From Ramazzottius varieornatus (lineage: Eukaryota > Animalia > Tardigrada): 64,000 bases of DNA. The translations under genes were made by a program, and so were the position numbers. Positions 24,501-36,892 of the stretch are shown here, piece by piece; within the stretch, counting starts at the first letter, position 1, and each line of letters begins with the position of its first letter. The notes beneath the pieces were generated by a model that made no database searches, was not told the origin of the DNA, and saw nothing but the letters and a program-made list of their open reading frames with translations. Location of the stretch: the NCBI GenBank assembly GCA_001949185.1, contig BDGG01000003.1, positions 1,148,875 through 1,212,874 of the forward strand, given 5' to 3'.

Positions 24501-26018
24501 ATAAAACGTGCTTCTGTTGACTTCTCGCCACTACCGCATTGACGTCACTAAATGAGCCAATAATATACTATTCCGCGCTGTACATAACGCCGCCGTGTCT
24601 TGATAATTTACTCACTTTGCCCACTGACATATTACACGTCCTGCCCGCTTCCACATTTTTCTCACATAATCCCCTCTATCATCAACGAGAACTAGCCGGA
24701 AAATAGAAAAGAGGCTTGACGTCACGCCTGCAACACTTTACATCCTCGCCTTTCACTGCTTGACTAGCCAATGATAAATTACAGGGTGTCATGATCAGCA
24801 TTCATCCGTCCAACCGAAGATGACACTTGCTATCTCTTTTTTTCTTCTTGCAAATTTTCCTCTGCCAGGGTGGAAGAAATTACTCTCGATACGCGAGAGA
24901 TGCCACCAATATACTGTAACGCGACATTTGTGCCACAAACGGCCAATAACCATTACGGCTAAAATTATCTCCTCGTTTGCCGGCCAATGACTGGTCCTTT
25001 CACGTCAGACTCAATCACGGGGCATTCCTACACTTTGCTGTTACAGCGGCAATTTTCTGACAAAAACCACCTGAGGAAAACTTCATCTTTGGTCTTTTCG
25101 AACATCTCCTTCACTAGACTCGTAACTTTTGGGAACTAATGGGTCAAACTCGTGAAATTTATAATGGGCAAAACCGGCCAATCTGGTTACGATTGCTCCT
25201 GTCTACACTTTTTAGCTTCTCATACCTGTCGAAAGCGAGTCGTAGGCGTTGAGGTACTCCGACGTGAGGAACTGGTTGGTCAAGGCTGTCTTGCCCACAC
25301 CGGTGGTCCCCGACATCAGGACCTTGTACCGCGAGTTGCCCTGCTGACTGCCCTCCCCACTCAGACTCGTCTCCGCGCCGGTAGAGTACGCACTGGACAC
25401 CGACATGCGCTCGTTCCTCAAAGCTTCAGTCGGGATGCTACCAATGGGCGTGTTGTTGGACGAGATGCTCTTGGGTCTGTACAGGTCCCCTCGGTTCTTG
25501 ACCACCCCTCGCGACGTCACGTCGAACGTCCGTAGCTTGTAGACGGTGGGGTCCTTGTCGCCGGTACTCGAACCTGTGGACGTCGCACGAGGACGAATGG
25601 ACTCCAGGTCGAGTGTAAGATGAGTGCTCGAAGGCACATGCTTGCGTTTCTCACCTGAAAAAAATTCGTCGGTTAGTACGGACCAGACTTCGATCACTAC
25701 GCGGTTTTCACCCGAGTGGGTTCAGCCACAATATGATCACTGCGCGAGTTTACCTGGGTAGCGGACTGACTGGGATCGGTTATGGTGAGGTGTGCGGGGC
25801 GACGGGGTGCTGAAGGCGCTGTGTCCCGTGGGATGGCCGGCGGAGAGGTAAGCCGGCGAAGACTGCTTGCGTAGGGTGTGATAGGCCGAGTCACGCGTCT
25901 CTGATGAGTCGCGCGATGAGGCACCCGACCGGCTGGATGAAGTGCTGCTGTGGCGACGGACATGCGCGTCGTAAAGAGCGGAGAGATGCTGCCGGTCGAC
26001 TTCGTGGATGTGCGCCAT
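21527..26018 (-). CDS. RGK-family small GTPase (Rad/Gem/Rem-like), 5 coding exons
   Basis: YKVLMSGTTGVGKTALTNQFLTSEY; exon 23684..23778 EKSVSVLLDGQESELDFMDPENS; VIVYSVADRPSF; IILVGNKTDLVRAR; FTETSAGVNHNVDELL; polybasic tail ending SKSCGNLQVL; long Ser-rich N-terminus. Confidence 0.93.
22626..25010. promoter_or_regulatory. Intronic cluster of CRE palindromes and CCAAT boxes
   Basis: TGACGTCA at 22626, 24108, 24540 and 24717. CCAAT near 24558, 24768, 24906, 24943 and 24984. Confidence 0.4.
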
Positions 26019-28845
26019 TGTACTTGGGTAAGTTCACTACAAAAAGACAAAACCTTGATATTCAATACTCAGAACTATTCCAGAATATTCAATTTGCTTA
26101 TTCGGACTTTTTCGATATTTTAAATGTTTTCCTTCTCGGACAAAGGTTTGCACGCGATGGTGACTAGTTACCAGAAACAAAGTCCTGTCAAAGACTGGAG
26201 TATGCGTGTGCGAAACCTAACGTGCAGTCACGGAAGTTAATTTCGGGAGGGGAGAAAATCAATAACTAATGTAGAGTCACTAATGTCATCCACGACCGAA
26301 CAAAGCTAAAGTTCCCCGCCGACAATTCGAATTTCCCCAGAATAGTCACCTGAAACCTATCACTTATCAAATACCCTCATCAAACGAGTATTCTGAACGC
26401 GTTCGCAATATCGGTGAAAAACAACGACGTGGAGCAACGCAAATGACAAGAATTAGAGCTGTGTAAAAAGTCATCTAAATTTACCCACGGTAATAATCAT
26501 CTGCTACCCAGTAACGACCAAGAGTATCCAACAGCTATTCCAGGAGAAACGTGCTTCATCAACTGCACCTGTCGCAACAACCCGTCAATCACGAAGGAAC
26601 CTCGGCACCCTCAAATGCCACTTCATCGCTCTTCACGTCACATCACAATCACCCTTTCCGGCGAACGCGGGTAAGGCTTCGTGCTTATTAAACAGTTTAG
26701 AACCACGAGCACCGCGACGACAGTAGTACGAACCGGCGACCTTGCTGAATACACATATTCAGCCCAGTCAAGTCAGTCAATATTTTGAAGGTCTGTTTGA
26801 TCAAGACTAAACCGGTTGGGAAATCTAGTTTCTGTATGGTCAATGATACAAGTGAAGATTTCATTTGTAGGTCCTTGAAAAGGTTGGAGAGGAGAGTCAC
26901 AGGATTAGTGTTGTCTCATCAAGCAAACACTGGCATTCACCGCTGTCTACCACAAACCTATTCGTTGAAAGAACGACATCGACAACACTTGAAAGGGCGC
27001 CTCGGTTTTTCATCTACGTTAGGCGGGATTTCCTCACCTGTCAAAGCATCGACTGTAGCGGAAAGGCAGGAAACCAGTAGGGAGCTCCTCGGCGTTGCTT
27101 CAAAGGTTTGCATTAACAGGAACTGCAATTCAATGCCTGAAGGAAGCAAAACCAACGTCCAATTTCACTATCGGCAAACATCAATCAATAACTCTTCATC
27201 CACATAGTCAAGTGCGGCAAAAGCGCGGCGAAATTCGCTCAGTGCCGAAAGCTCTCAACTTTTGCAAAGGAGGAAGGCTGTCAAAGTAGCTCTACGGGAA
27301 CAGAAATTTTAAGACTGTCGAATGTAGAACTAAACTGCTTTTATAGCTGGCGAGAAAGTAATGACGAGCTCAAAGCTACACTGCGGAAGAGTACGATGAA
27401 GTACGCCGGCGATGTACGAACTTTATGCTGGCGCTAAACAGAAGCCTCTCACATTCCTCTTCGTCATTCCCTCCATGATTTAGCCATTCCCGCCTCCGCA
27501 GTTGTGGCAGAGTAGACCAACACGTACTTCGGCGCTCATTATCGATTTGTAAGAACCACATCGAAATGTGTTTCCCACGGTGTGACGCCTTAGCAAGCTA
27601 GCACTGACTGAACTTTTACTCGGTATACGGTTTACGGACGTCATTGCAGCGTGCCATGATTAAATTCTACCATCGTCATAGTCAGACGGGAGGAAAATGC
27701 TCAAGGCTTCCCTTTGATCATTTCATCCGTGACATCCAGGGAGAATAAACTTCGCCGCGCCGCTATCAATTCTGTAATACATTATAATGGACACAAAAAC
27801 TGGCAGGTTTAGCTCAGCTGCCTTTCGGCCAACCCATCAAATTATTCAACCTGAGTTACCTAGTCTTCGCCGCAGGACTTGTGAATGTACCAAACAGACT
27901 ATCCCGTGGAATGAAATCCCCGCGGAAAACACAAAGAGCTAATGCGTCACCTACGATGCATAGGTTAGTACCGATTCGTCGAGCGTAAAATTGCTTGAAA
28001 TTTGATCAAAGATGAACCATAGACCGATTACCGCAGTGACATCACAATACCCATTTCTCCACTTATTCTTAATCCACCACACCTACGAGTTGTTTCCTTC
28101 GGTTCTCACGAAGCGTAAACGGTCGCCTCACTACTGTTCACCGACTGCGGTGGCATATATACAGTTCACCTTGGAAATTTTCCCCTAACTTTAGCGTAAT
28201 GGCGATGATGGACTTAATTTGACGCTGACGCACTGAAAGCAGGAAACTTCTTGAAGATCCGGAAATTTAATAGTTCACCGTCGACGTCTATCTTACGGTA
28301 TCTCCGCTACCACGGACCAGCAGCAAGTTACTGAAGGTCGCAGCGGCGGAAGATATTATCTTCAGTACGCAAGAGTATCACGATAACTCAGTTATCACGC
28401 AGCATCATACGCCAGCTTCCACCGTCATTCATCTTCACAAAATAAACCGATGACTGAATATAATTATAGAAAATAACTGCACAGATGGCAGATTGTGTCA
28501 AAGCTGTGTTAGACAACGGCGAAAGGTTGCTGTGGCTTCCTGATTATTTACCCGCCCTGACTTCGTAATATTAAATCGGCCACACGTATACGTAATTGAT
28601 CAACATTCAACAATAAACCTAACACGTGTACCGTTTACATTTCGGAAGTCTTTTCAACGCGCTCAAGCATCCCACCCCACGAAAACCGGACACCAAACCC
28701 TTATCTGGGACTTGGGCAAACTATACGCACAGGATCGTTCTCCCTAGTGGCGCAAGTTTTCATCGTTCTTGGCTGGAAGGGTGCGCCACTGAAGATGGCG
28801 ATCCCAGCTCGCATTCCGCATTCAGTCATTTTTGTATTCGATCTA

Positions 28846-29585
28846 CAGTCCGCTCAGGCCAACTTGCTACCACTCATTGAATCGAGCCTGCCTTGAACTG
28901 ACTAATATTTCAAGTCAAAAATGATTCTCCCGGGTGGTACATCCTGTTTAATACCTGCTGTAAAATCATTGGCGGGAAATCTGTTTCCAAACAGTCAGGA
29001 TCGACAGTAATCTCGCTGGGGTGCAAAGTGGAAAACGCACCAACTTTCTCAGTTTTCGGGTCCATTTTCGAAAAGTTGTTTTTCAGTTTTCCGTTAAAGT
29101 CCCGTGCTATTGTTGCTCTAGAACAAATAGAATAGAGACTGACCTACAGGGAATGTGGTCAGAAGCTTGAATCTGCCGTTCTGGAGAAGAGCTAGAATTG
29201 TTTCCCAAAGCGAGTTTTCTCGGCACAACGGTCGAATTCGGCGGATTTAATTCCAGTGCCAAGGTTAGCTTAGAACGTTTTTGGTTTTCTTGTTTGTTTC
29301 CAACGGCTAGGATAGTTGTCTGTCTGTTTACATCAAATTAGGGAAGAAAAGTCAGACATGGAATTTTTTATACTGCCTTTCACTTGCCGCCGTATGTCTT
29401 CCCCACCGGAAGTCGTACTAATCAAGTTTTTCGAGCTGTTTTTTGGCACAATTAAGGGAATCATGGCTCAGTGGGAGAAGTCTGAAAATTTCTATGGAAA
29501 GTGCGGAAGAAAGAATGGTAAGGTAACAGCCCAAATTTTTCTTTGTCGAAATGCCATTAGGTAGCAAGTTGGCCTGAGTGGGGTG
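28846..29585. mobile_element. Non-autonomous Tc1/mariner-like element (~740 bp)
   Basis: TA|cagtccgctcaggccaacttgctacc ... ggtagcaagttggcctgagtggggtg|CA. Core TIR matches 21/22; no intact ORF inside. Confidence 0.7.
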
Positions 29586-31814
29586 CATCTGGTGGTTTTC
29601 AGGTCGCGTTCGTTTACAGGAACCACAAAACGCACGAGAATTCGCTGCAACGCTGCCAGATTTCCATGTTGGTTCTACCCAATGTACCTCTCTGGAATCG
29701 GAGATCCGGAAACATCAGACAACAGATCAGATTCTGTCTTATAGACAATGCATTTAGGTCTACCGCTGTTTCGGGTCTCATGTTTGCGAAAAACAAGACC
29801 ACGGGACATGGTTCTATCCCAGTTCATTCAATCATTTGCGCCTCGGCTAATCTACACAATATATTGTTCCTTTAGCTTAGACCGGTCGTCACAAAGGGAG
29901 CTCACGTGCTGTGTCCGCAGGTTTGAATATTTTGCCTGCCCCGTTAATTTCTTCCGGCATTTCGTCGCGAGAGATCTGGCTTCCGCCTGCCGGCGTAACA
30001 CGACCCTGACACATTAACACCCCACTGATCCGGCAATATTTTCACAGCCAAATATTTCTCGTCTTCCAGATCTTTTACATCTCATCACAAAAGGGCGAAA
30101 CAGGGCCAACAGACGTTTGAGATCACCTCATTGAAAACATCTTGCAAATGTCACTTTGTCTCCCTATTCGAATTTCGAAACAAATATTTGTCAACTGGTT
30201 GACAAGTCTACTCGTCGACCTCAGAAAAATTAGTGTGTTTATTTGGCTTTGCATAATTCCAAACGCTGTCCGCTAATTAAACTTAAATCTTTTCTTCGCT
30301 GTACTACCATTACACAAAATTACAGACAGAAAACGGTGTCAAAGGCTTCAAGTTTACCCATTGATCCAATTATTGCCGGTTGATATTACGTATGCCGGCA
30401 TAGCGTTGATGGGGCTTCTCGACTATTATTAACCCTCACTTGCGTTTCTTGCCCGTGATTTGGCCATTTCGACAAAGCAAAATAAACGCTCTATTCAGGT
30501 TATGGAAGCACTGGAAGACACTATCGAATAGCCTCACTTGATCTAAATGACGCGAAAATCACATTGAAGGAATGTGCCGAGGTTTTAATCGACCGTCAAA
30601 ATATCACGTTGTGTTTTCCTTGCAACTCTTTCTTCCCCGACCTCCTAAGGTTTCGCGGAAAGGCCAAATCATTAGCAAGAACAGCAGACTTTCAGGAGAA
30701 GGGCACTCGACAATATGTCCCAAGTTGCCGCAATGCATTAGCGCCTTGGCGGGAGACACGAGCGAGGTTCAATCCTCCGAGACGCAGTCTTCCCGAAAAA
30801 GCCCTTCTCAAACTTCTCTCCGTATCTGTCGAAGCCAGCAGAGCGTAATGCGCAAACTTGAAGCCTGATCCTAACGTAATCCGAAACAGTATTGGTATTA
30901 AGCCCGACAATCTGGTGAAAGACTGATAGAACCAAAAACAACCATCAAGTTACGTTCGAGCATGAAGGCGAACTGATTGAAAAATGCCGAAGTCCATTAT
31001 TAAGCGGGGCTCGAAGACGCCGTTAATCACCTCGAGCCCAATGGGCTTGTTCGCATCACCACTCATTCCCACCGTCGTGGGAACTCAAAACTCCATTTAC
31101 GTTGTTGGCAGATATAATTTAGCGTAAACAAACCACTTCTTCATCCGAAGAACGCAAGACAACATTGCTGCGAACCAGTGTTATTTTACTATGCAACTAA
31201 AATTATTAAGTCACGTGCTATTGTTAACTCTACGTGATCAGCTGAAGTAAAATCAATTATCGCTAACGAATTTCAATTGTTAAAATTAGAATTCGATTCC
31301 CTATTATGGATCAATCAATCAAGCGAACACCAACCCGCACAATTAAAACAGATTTTAAATATTACGATCGATTTCCTATTATAATGATTAAAATAACACT
31401 GCTGCGAACTTCTCCATCATCAGTCGCATACGACTATTTCCATATGAGAATGCGTCCAAAGTTCTTTCTCTCGGAACTGGCCTTGTATGACATCAAGTTG
31501 TTCGGAATATTGAACTGCACCACAGGTTCATTTTGCCGCAGCAATAAAACAGAACGAGTGGCTGAAAGATTTGAGGATACCACTCAAAAAAACACATGGA
31601 TGTTGAGAGCCAGTCTTAACTGGAGCAACGCGCTCTGATTAGAGACGCGCACTAGCGAGCACTTCAGGTGCAAGTCGTCTACGCACTATCGTTGTTTGAT
31701 TACTTGATTAAGATAACTGCGCACGGCGCATTCAACCGATCCACGCGATATTACTCAATGCACGGGAATTCGGGGCGTCCACATGCTCTCCCCTATCTCG
31801 CAAACCTGTAGTTA

Positions 31815-31929
31815 CTGTATGCTCTCCCGAAATTCACGTACGTCACTGACTCTCAAATCATTGGGGTCTTACCGTCTAGTTTTACACTCTGAACGGAGTG
31901 ACGTACGAGAATTTTGGGAGAGTATACAA
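31815..31929 (+). mobile_element. ~115-bp palindromic MITE, copy 1
   Basis: TA|ctgtatgctctcccgaaattcacgtacgtcact ... agtgacgtacgagaattttgggagagtatacaa|TA. Confidence 0.85.
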
Positions 31930-32398
31930 TAGAACTTGATTCTGACTTCAGATTCGGATTCCTCAGGGTCTGTTTGACATATGTTTCAGTCCCGTTTTAC
32001 TTCGCCCTTGGCGTCCGAAAACTTTGAAATGCTCTCCTGAACAATTTGGTCAAAATCCGTTTGGACGCATTCTCATATGGAGATACCCATATATCGCATT
32101 TGACTGTCAGGGCCGTGCCCAGCTGTCAATCCCGAGCCCGGCTCTGTGTATACAAGCGTGGCACGGCCCTGTCTATACAAGCGTGGCACGGCCCTGCTGA
32201 CGTCTGACTCACCGCTTGATAGGTCCGCAGTGACGTCAAACGCCGCCTGCAAACAATAAAATTCGGAATTTTCAAAATCGATTGATTGGTTTTCTAGCAC
32301 CAGACATACTGCGCACAACTTTCCCAGCCACCTTTTTTCTTCCATGTTGAAGCATTCCTGCACGTCGTCTCGTAGACTACGTGCCTCCTCTGATTGTG

Positions 32399-33376
32399 CT
32401 AGAGGAAACTCCACAGACACAAAAGGTTGCTTTCCACTCGGTAGACAAACACTCGGCACTTCCGGCAGGCTTTGATGCCACACTTGAAGGGAACAGGTTG
32501 CCCTCCGTCCGTTGTCTGGGCATCGTTGGTGCAGTACCGAAGCCCACAGGGATACCAGACGATACAAACGGGCAACGAGCACAGACAAGGTTTTGGAGAA
32601 GAAGCTGTTTCGTTACATTGTGGGAGAAGTACAGGCTGGACGGAGAAACCAGGTGGGGAAATGTTGGAAGCAGGGAAAGAAGCGAACGTCTGCGATCCTC
32701 CGCAAATTTTCTGGATATGTGGTGCAGCGCGAGACAGTTCTTCGGTTGAAGCAAGACTGTCCATCGAGAAGGTTTCTAGAGGTCGGTTCTCTTCAGCATG
32801 ACGGATGGCGCTTGGGTTTATTTGGCGAATTGTGCCAAGAACCTCCGCTGAGACGTGCTGGTTTTCTTCCAACGGCAAAACAAAACACAATTCCTGCAAA
32901 ATTTCCCTCTGTAGCTTCCCCTATCAACTCACCCCGACTGGGCTCTGGAGGCTTAAACTTAAACTCACCTGCGCTTCTGTCTGGCCGAGATCGTCAATCG
33001 GAAGAATTTTCAAGTGGAATGTCTGCTTGGAAGCGAGGAAATCTGTCGCGTGATGGATGATCGTCCCGTCGTGCTGGATCAGGCTGAGCGTGGTCACGTT
33101 CTGTACCGTATCGATCTTGAACGTCTCCTGAAAGTACACACACAGGGTATTCGCATAAGAAGGCGGATTCCCTTGTACATTTTATTCGGGGTACCCTTCG
33201 AACAAGCCGAATGCCCACCTGTCACTGTCGGATCCGTACTACGTAATCGTACATACCTGCAACGCTTCGCCTCCTCCATCGGCGGCGTTGATTACCAGTA
33301 TTCTCTCAGCCTGACCAACTGCTGTAACCAACCAGAAGAAGGATGCGAGGGAGATGGGAACCAAGAAGACTGACAT
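32399..33376 (-). CDS. OAF: Out at first protein homolog (~257 aa, 3 exons)
   Basis: Exons 33257..33376 (signal peptide, LVINAADGGGEALQ), 32969..33127 (ETF...DGTIIHHATDF...ILPIDDLGQTEAQ) and 32399..32893 (ELCFV...IRQINPSAIRHAEE...CLCSLPVCIVWYPCGLRYC...CGIKACRKCRVF...CLW) match the OAF family cysteine pattern. Confidence 0.92.
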
Positions 33377-33594
33377 CTTTACAAGAAAAACCGATAAAAT
33401 TAACTCCGAAAGAAGAAATCGATCAAGATTCCCGAAAATTATGAAATCAGTAATTGTCATGTCATGAGTCGCTTGCAGCGTATAGCATGACATCTCATAC
33501 CCTGGGTCGGACGGCAGGAGGCTTGATTCAGTTGATTGGAACCCTTCACTAGTCACTACTGCAGCAGTGGACGGGTGATTTATTCAGCCGAATA

Positions 33595-33708
33595 CTGTAT
33601 ACTCTCCCGAATTCACGTCCGTCACTCCATTCAGAGTGTAAAACTAGACGGTTAGACCCCAATGGTTTGAGAGTCAGTGACGTACGTGAATTTCGGGAGA
33701 GCATACAG
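33595..33708 (-). mobile_element. ~115-bp palindromic MITE, copy 2 (inverted relative to copy 1)
   Basis: Its reverse complement matches 31815..31929 with about 8 differences. TA on both flanks. Confidence 0.85.
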
Positions 33709-34089
33709 TATCGAAGACCACGGAACCGCCACCTACGACCTGTCAAGAACCAGTACAACGGGCAATCTATCTTCAGTGCGCGAGTTCCACCTCTAGTGAA
33801 CAAAAGACATGGTGCTCGAACGACATTCAGAACTGTATTTTTCATGTCAGGAATATTAAGGACTGTGCGCAAAATCAATCAACCGAACACATTTCGAACT
33901 CTCACATAATCTCTCAAATTTGACCGAATCAACTCCGCCCTAAATTGACCTTCGTTGTGGTTTTGGTGACGGAAACGTGAGCATCTTGCTTTTCACGTGC
34001 GCAACTGCGATCATCCGTCACATTTCGTCATCTCACAGTTCGGATTTTCCGTTTGCTGATTAGTAAACTGATCTTCTGCTAGCCTTTGC

Positions 34090-34914
34090 CACCCTCCGAC
34101 ATCCAGACTCTGCAGAACTTCCATCCATAAAAGAAAGCGGACTCACCCCAACCGCTACCAAGATGGTTACCGGAAAGACGGCGGCAGAAGAATGCGGCGA
34201 TAGCTCGTCGGTTGTCAGCTCAGCTGACACGAACGTTTCGCTTCCGCGGGTTCATCACCGCATTGACAGCCGAGTTGACCGTAAGTATCGCTTTCTTTTA
34301 TTTCGATCTTCCTGCTAACAAAGGTGGGAACCATGCTTGTTGAAGTAGATGTGGAACATACGTTAAACGGAGAGCAGAATGCGCCGGAAGTCCGCGCTGG
34401 AAACTTGGATAGCCAAGGTATCGTCAGCATCTGTTAGCAGTATCACGAAGAGACGTCCAGCCTGTAAATTTGCTTGGTTACAGAACGTGTCGAAGGCAAC
34501 AGCCCATCCACTGCTGCGCCGGAATACCGCGCTTCTGATCACAAAGCTAAACAAAGTAAGCGTTCGCTCTGCGAGCTTGACTGCCGATCGCAGAACCGTA
34601 CTTTCAACGGGAAACCGTAAACAAAATTCTAAACAGTCTGTGTTTTTAGTACTCACGCAAGATGACCTGTACCGTGAAAGCGGGTTTTGCTCCAACTTCA
34701 AGACCAGCGACACGCGGAAGACCGCGCTCTTGAGGAAGCTTGTTTGATGAACGATCGAAGGAAGGAGGACGAAGCTGAGGCAGCTGGACGCCTCAACGAA
34801 GACCGCGTTTGGCTGGAGGAGCGTAACCGCGAGAACGAGTTGGCTGCGGCCAGTGATCGAGCTGAGAAGTTACTGTATCGCCGAGACTTTCAGCAACGAT
34901 TCTATCGTTGTTAA
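34090..34914 (+). pseudogene. Degenerate coiled-coil gene fragment, possibly a transposon accessory gene
   Basis: Charged helical fragment QLQDQRHAEDRALEE...WLEERNRENELAAASDRAE in broken frames upstream of the Harbinger transposase. Confidence 0.3.
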
Positions 34915-35554
34915 GATGATGAGGGCACTCAGCCTGATAGATCCACTTCACGTTACAGTCTTCGTGACGTGAAGTCTGATGTATCGTTCTTCACAGGTAC
35001 ACTTGGACCAGCGGGGTTGTACCTTCGTCGAACATTACAAAGAGTTTCGTTTACGTTTGTTTAGTTTCCTGTCACTTTTCGATGGTCTCACGCTGTAATC
35101 TCAGTAGTACACCATATCTTGCCTTCTTTCCGTTCTACTTCAATTCGGCGTCTTTGAAGTGACTGCAGTTGTGTCTGAACGGTCTCCTGTCGATGTTTCC
35201 TTTAACGCCCTTTACTGAAAAGACCGCACTCTCTTGTTTCCAGCAATCAGCTAAAGTCATTCCGTTGGTGGATTCGATTGAACCTACATGCTTCGGACCT
35301 CCATAGCTCTAATGCAGAATAGAGGACTTGGAATAGAGAAACCAGCATGAGCCCCTCGAAGAACGGTGTCTTTTCTCCGACTTCCGGTTGCCGTTGTTTC
35401 AACCAATCAATATCGTTTTACGTCTAACTGAAAGCTCCTCCATTTATTCAGTTCTTCAGTTTCCACAGGTAGCTTGTTGTGCCTTCTGCCGAAAGCGGTT
35501 ATATGTCCTGTTATATGTCCACATCCACCTAGCTTTTTCATCGATTTGGATAAC

Positions 35555-36816
35555 ATGTGCGCGGAAGTCCAAGCGCTCCGGGTTCGTTTCGCTCGTCGCA
35601 AACGGAGGATCATTCGACTATTACGATGGCAGACGGACATGTTGCTGTATTGTCATGCTGCTCTCGAATACGAACGGTACTACGTGAGACAAGAGATCGA
35701 TTTAGTGAATATGCCGAACGAAAAGATGCGACACCAGTTTCGGATGGAGAAATATCAGGATTCCTACAGACTACGCGATGCCTTACAGCTACCGGAAATC
35801 GTCATCGGCGAAAACCGAGTCGTCGTCTCTAGAAGTCTCGCTTTAGCTGTGCTACTGAAGCGGCTGGCCTATCCAAATAGATGGGTCGACTGCATGGACC
35901 TTCTAGGCCGAGAAAGAACCCAGCTGTCGCGCATCTTCAACGCCACAGTTTCTGCCATATACAGGAAGCACAGTCACCTGTTAGAAAACATGGATCAACC
36001 GTGGCTGACGACGGAACGCGTAGATCTCCATGCCAAAGCCATACATCGGGCCTGTGGGTATTATGGTAGGTCCTTTGTAATCCGTTCATACCAAGAAAAG
36101 CTCGGAAGTCCAGAGCATTTTTTTATTACAGATAACTGTTGGGGCTCCATCGACGGAACTGCCCGAGCGATTCGTCGTCCCAAAAGACATCAGAGGAAGC
36201 AATACAGCGGACACTCACGGAAGCACGTCATGAAGTTTCAAAGTATATGCACTCCAGATGGTATAATCGCGAATATGTATGGTTCCTGTGCCGGTCGCCG
36301 TCATGACGGTTTCATGTTGGGAGAAAGCAACATGCGCGAGCGACTGCGCCACCTCAGCGGAAAGTGGGGAAGGAAAATGTGTCTTTCGACGACAAGGGAT
36401 ACTCTCTCTGTGAAGAGATTCAAGTTCCCTACAAAGGCAGCCACCTGACAGAAGAACAGAAAGTGTTCAACAAAACAATGTCGCAGATAAGAGTGACTGT
36501 GTTGTACGGTTTTATGGCAATAGCACGTGATTTTGCGTTCGCAAATTATGAAAAAAATCAGAAAATATACTGGCAGCAGGTGGCTAAAACATGTTTAGTG
36601 ACTGCCGTTCTGACTAACTGTATGACATGCATGTATGGCTTTCCTCTTGTCCGGAAACAATTTGGCGTCGATCTTCCGCCTCTTGAAATATACTTGGATT
36701 TCGTAGAAGAAATCCAAGTATATTTCTTGAAATATACTTGGATTTCGTTTTTTCGTTTCTCTTTATTTAAGCTTGGCCAGCGGCTTCCTACCACCGGGGA
36801 TTATTTCTTTGCGTAG
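35555..36816 (+). mobile_element. PIF/Harbinger transposase (DDE_Tnp_4), near-complete with one frameshift
   Basis: QFRMEK...LAVLLKRLAYPNRWVD...GRERTQLSRIFN; NCWGSIDGT; QYSGHSRKHVMKFQSICTPDG; GRRHD; frameshift near 36385 to DDKGY; FNKTMSQIRVTVLYGF. Intron at 36066..36131. Confidence 0.92.
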
Positions 36817-36892
36817 TTAATTAGAACGACTCGCAGAGTCGTAATAGGTTGAAAAAGAATCTGACTATCTTCCGCACGTTCTTTTTCTTCGG

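Noticed and set aside
26200-31800. Many short ORFs in the gene-poor region upstream of RGK
   Set aside because: No motifs or consistent splice structure; treated as non-coding or regulatory apart from the TIR element.
32381-33373. Several long + strand ORFs
   Set aside because: Antisense shadows of the OAF exons.
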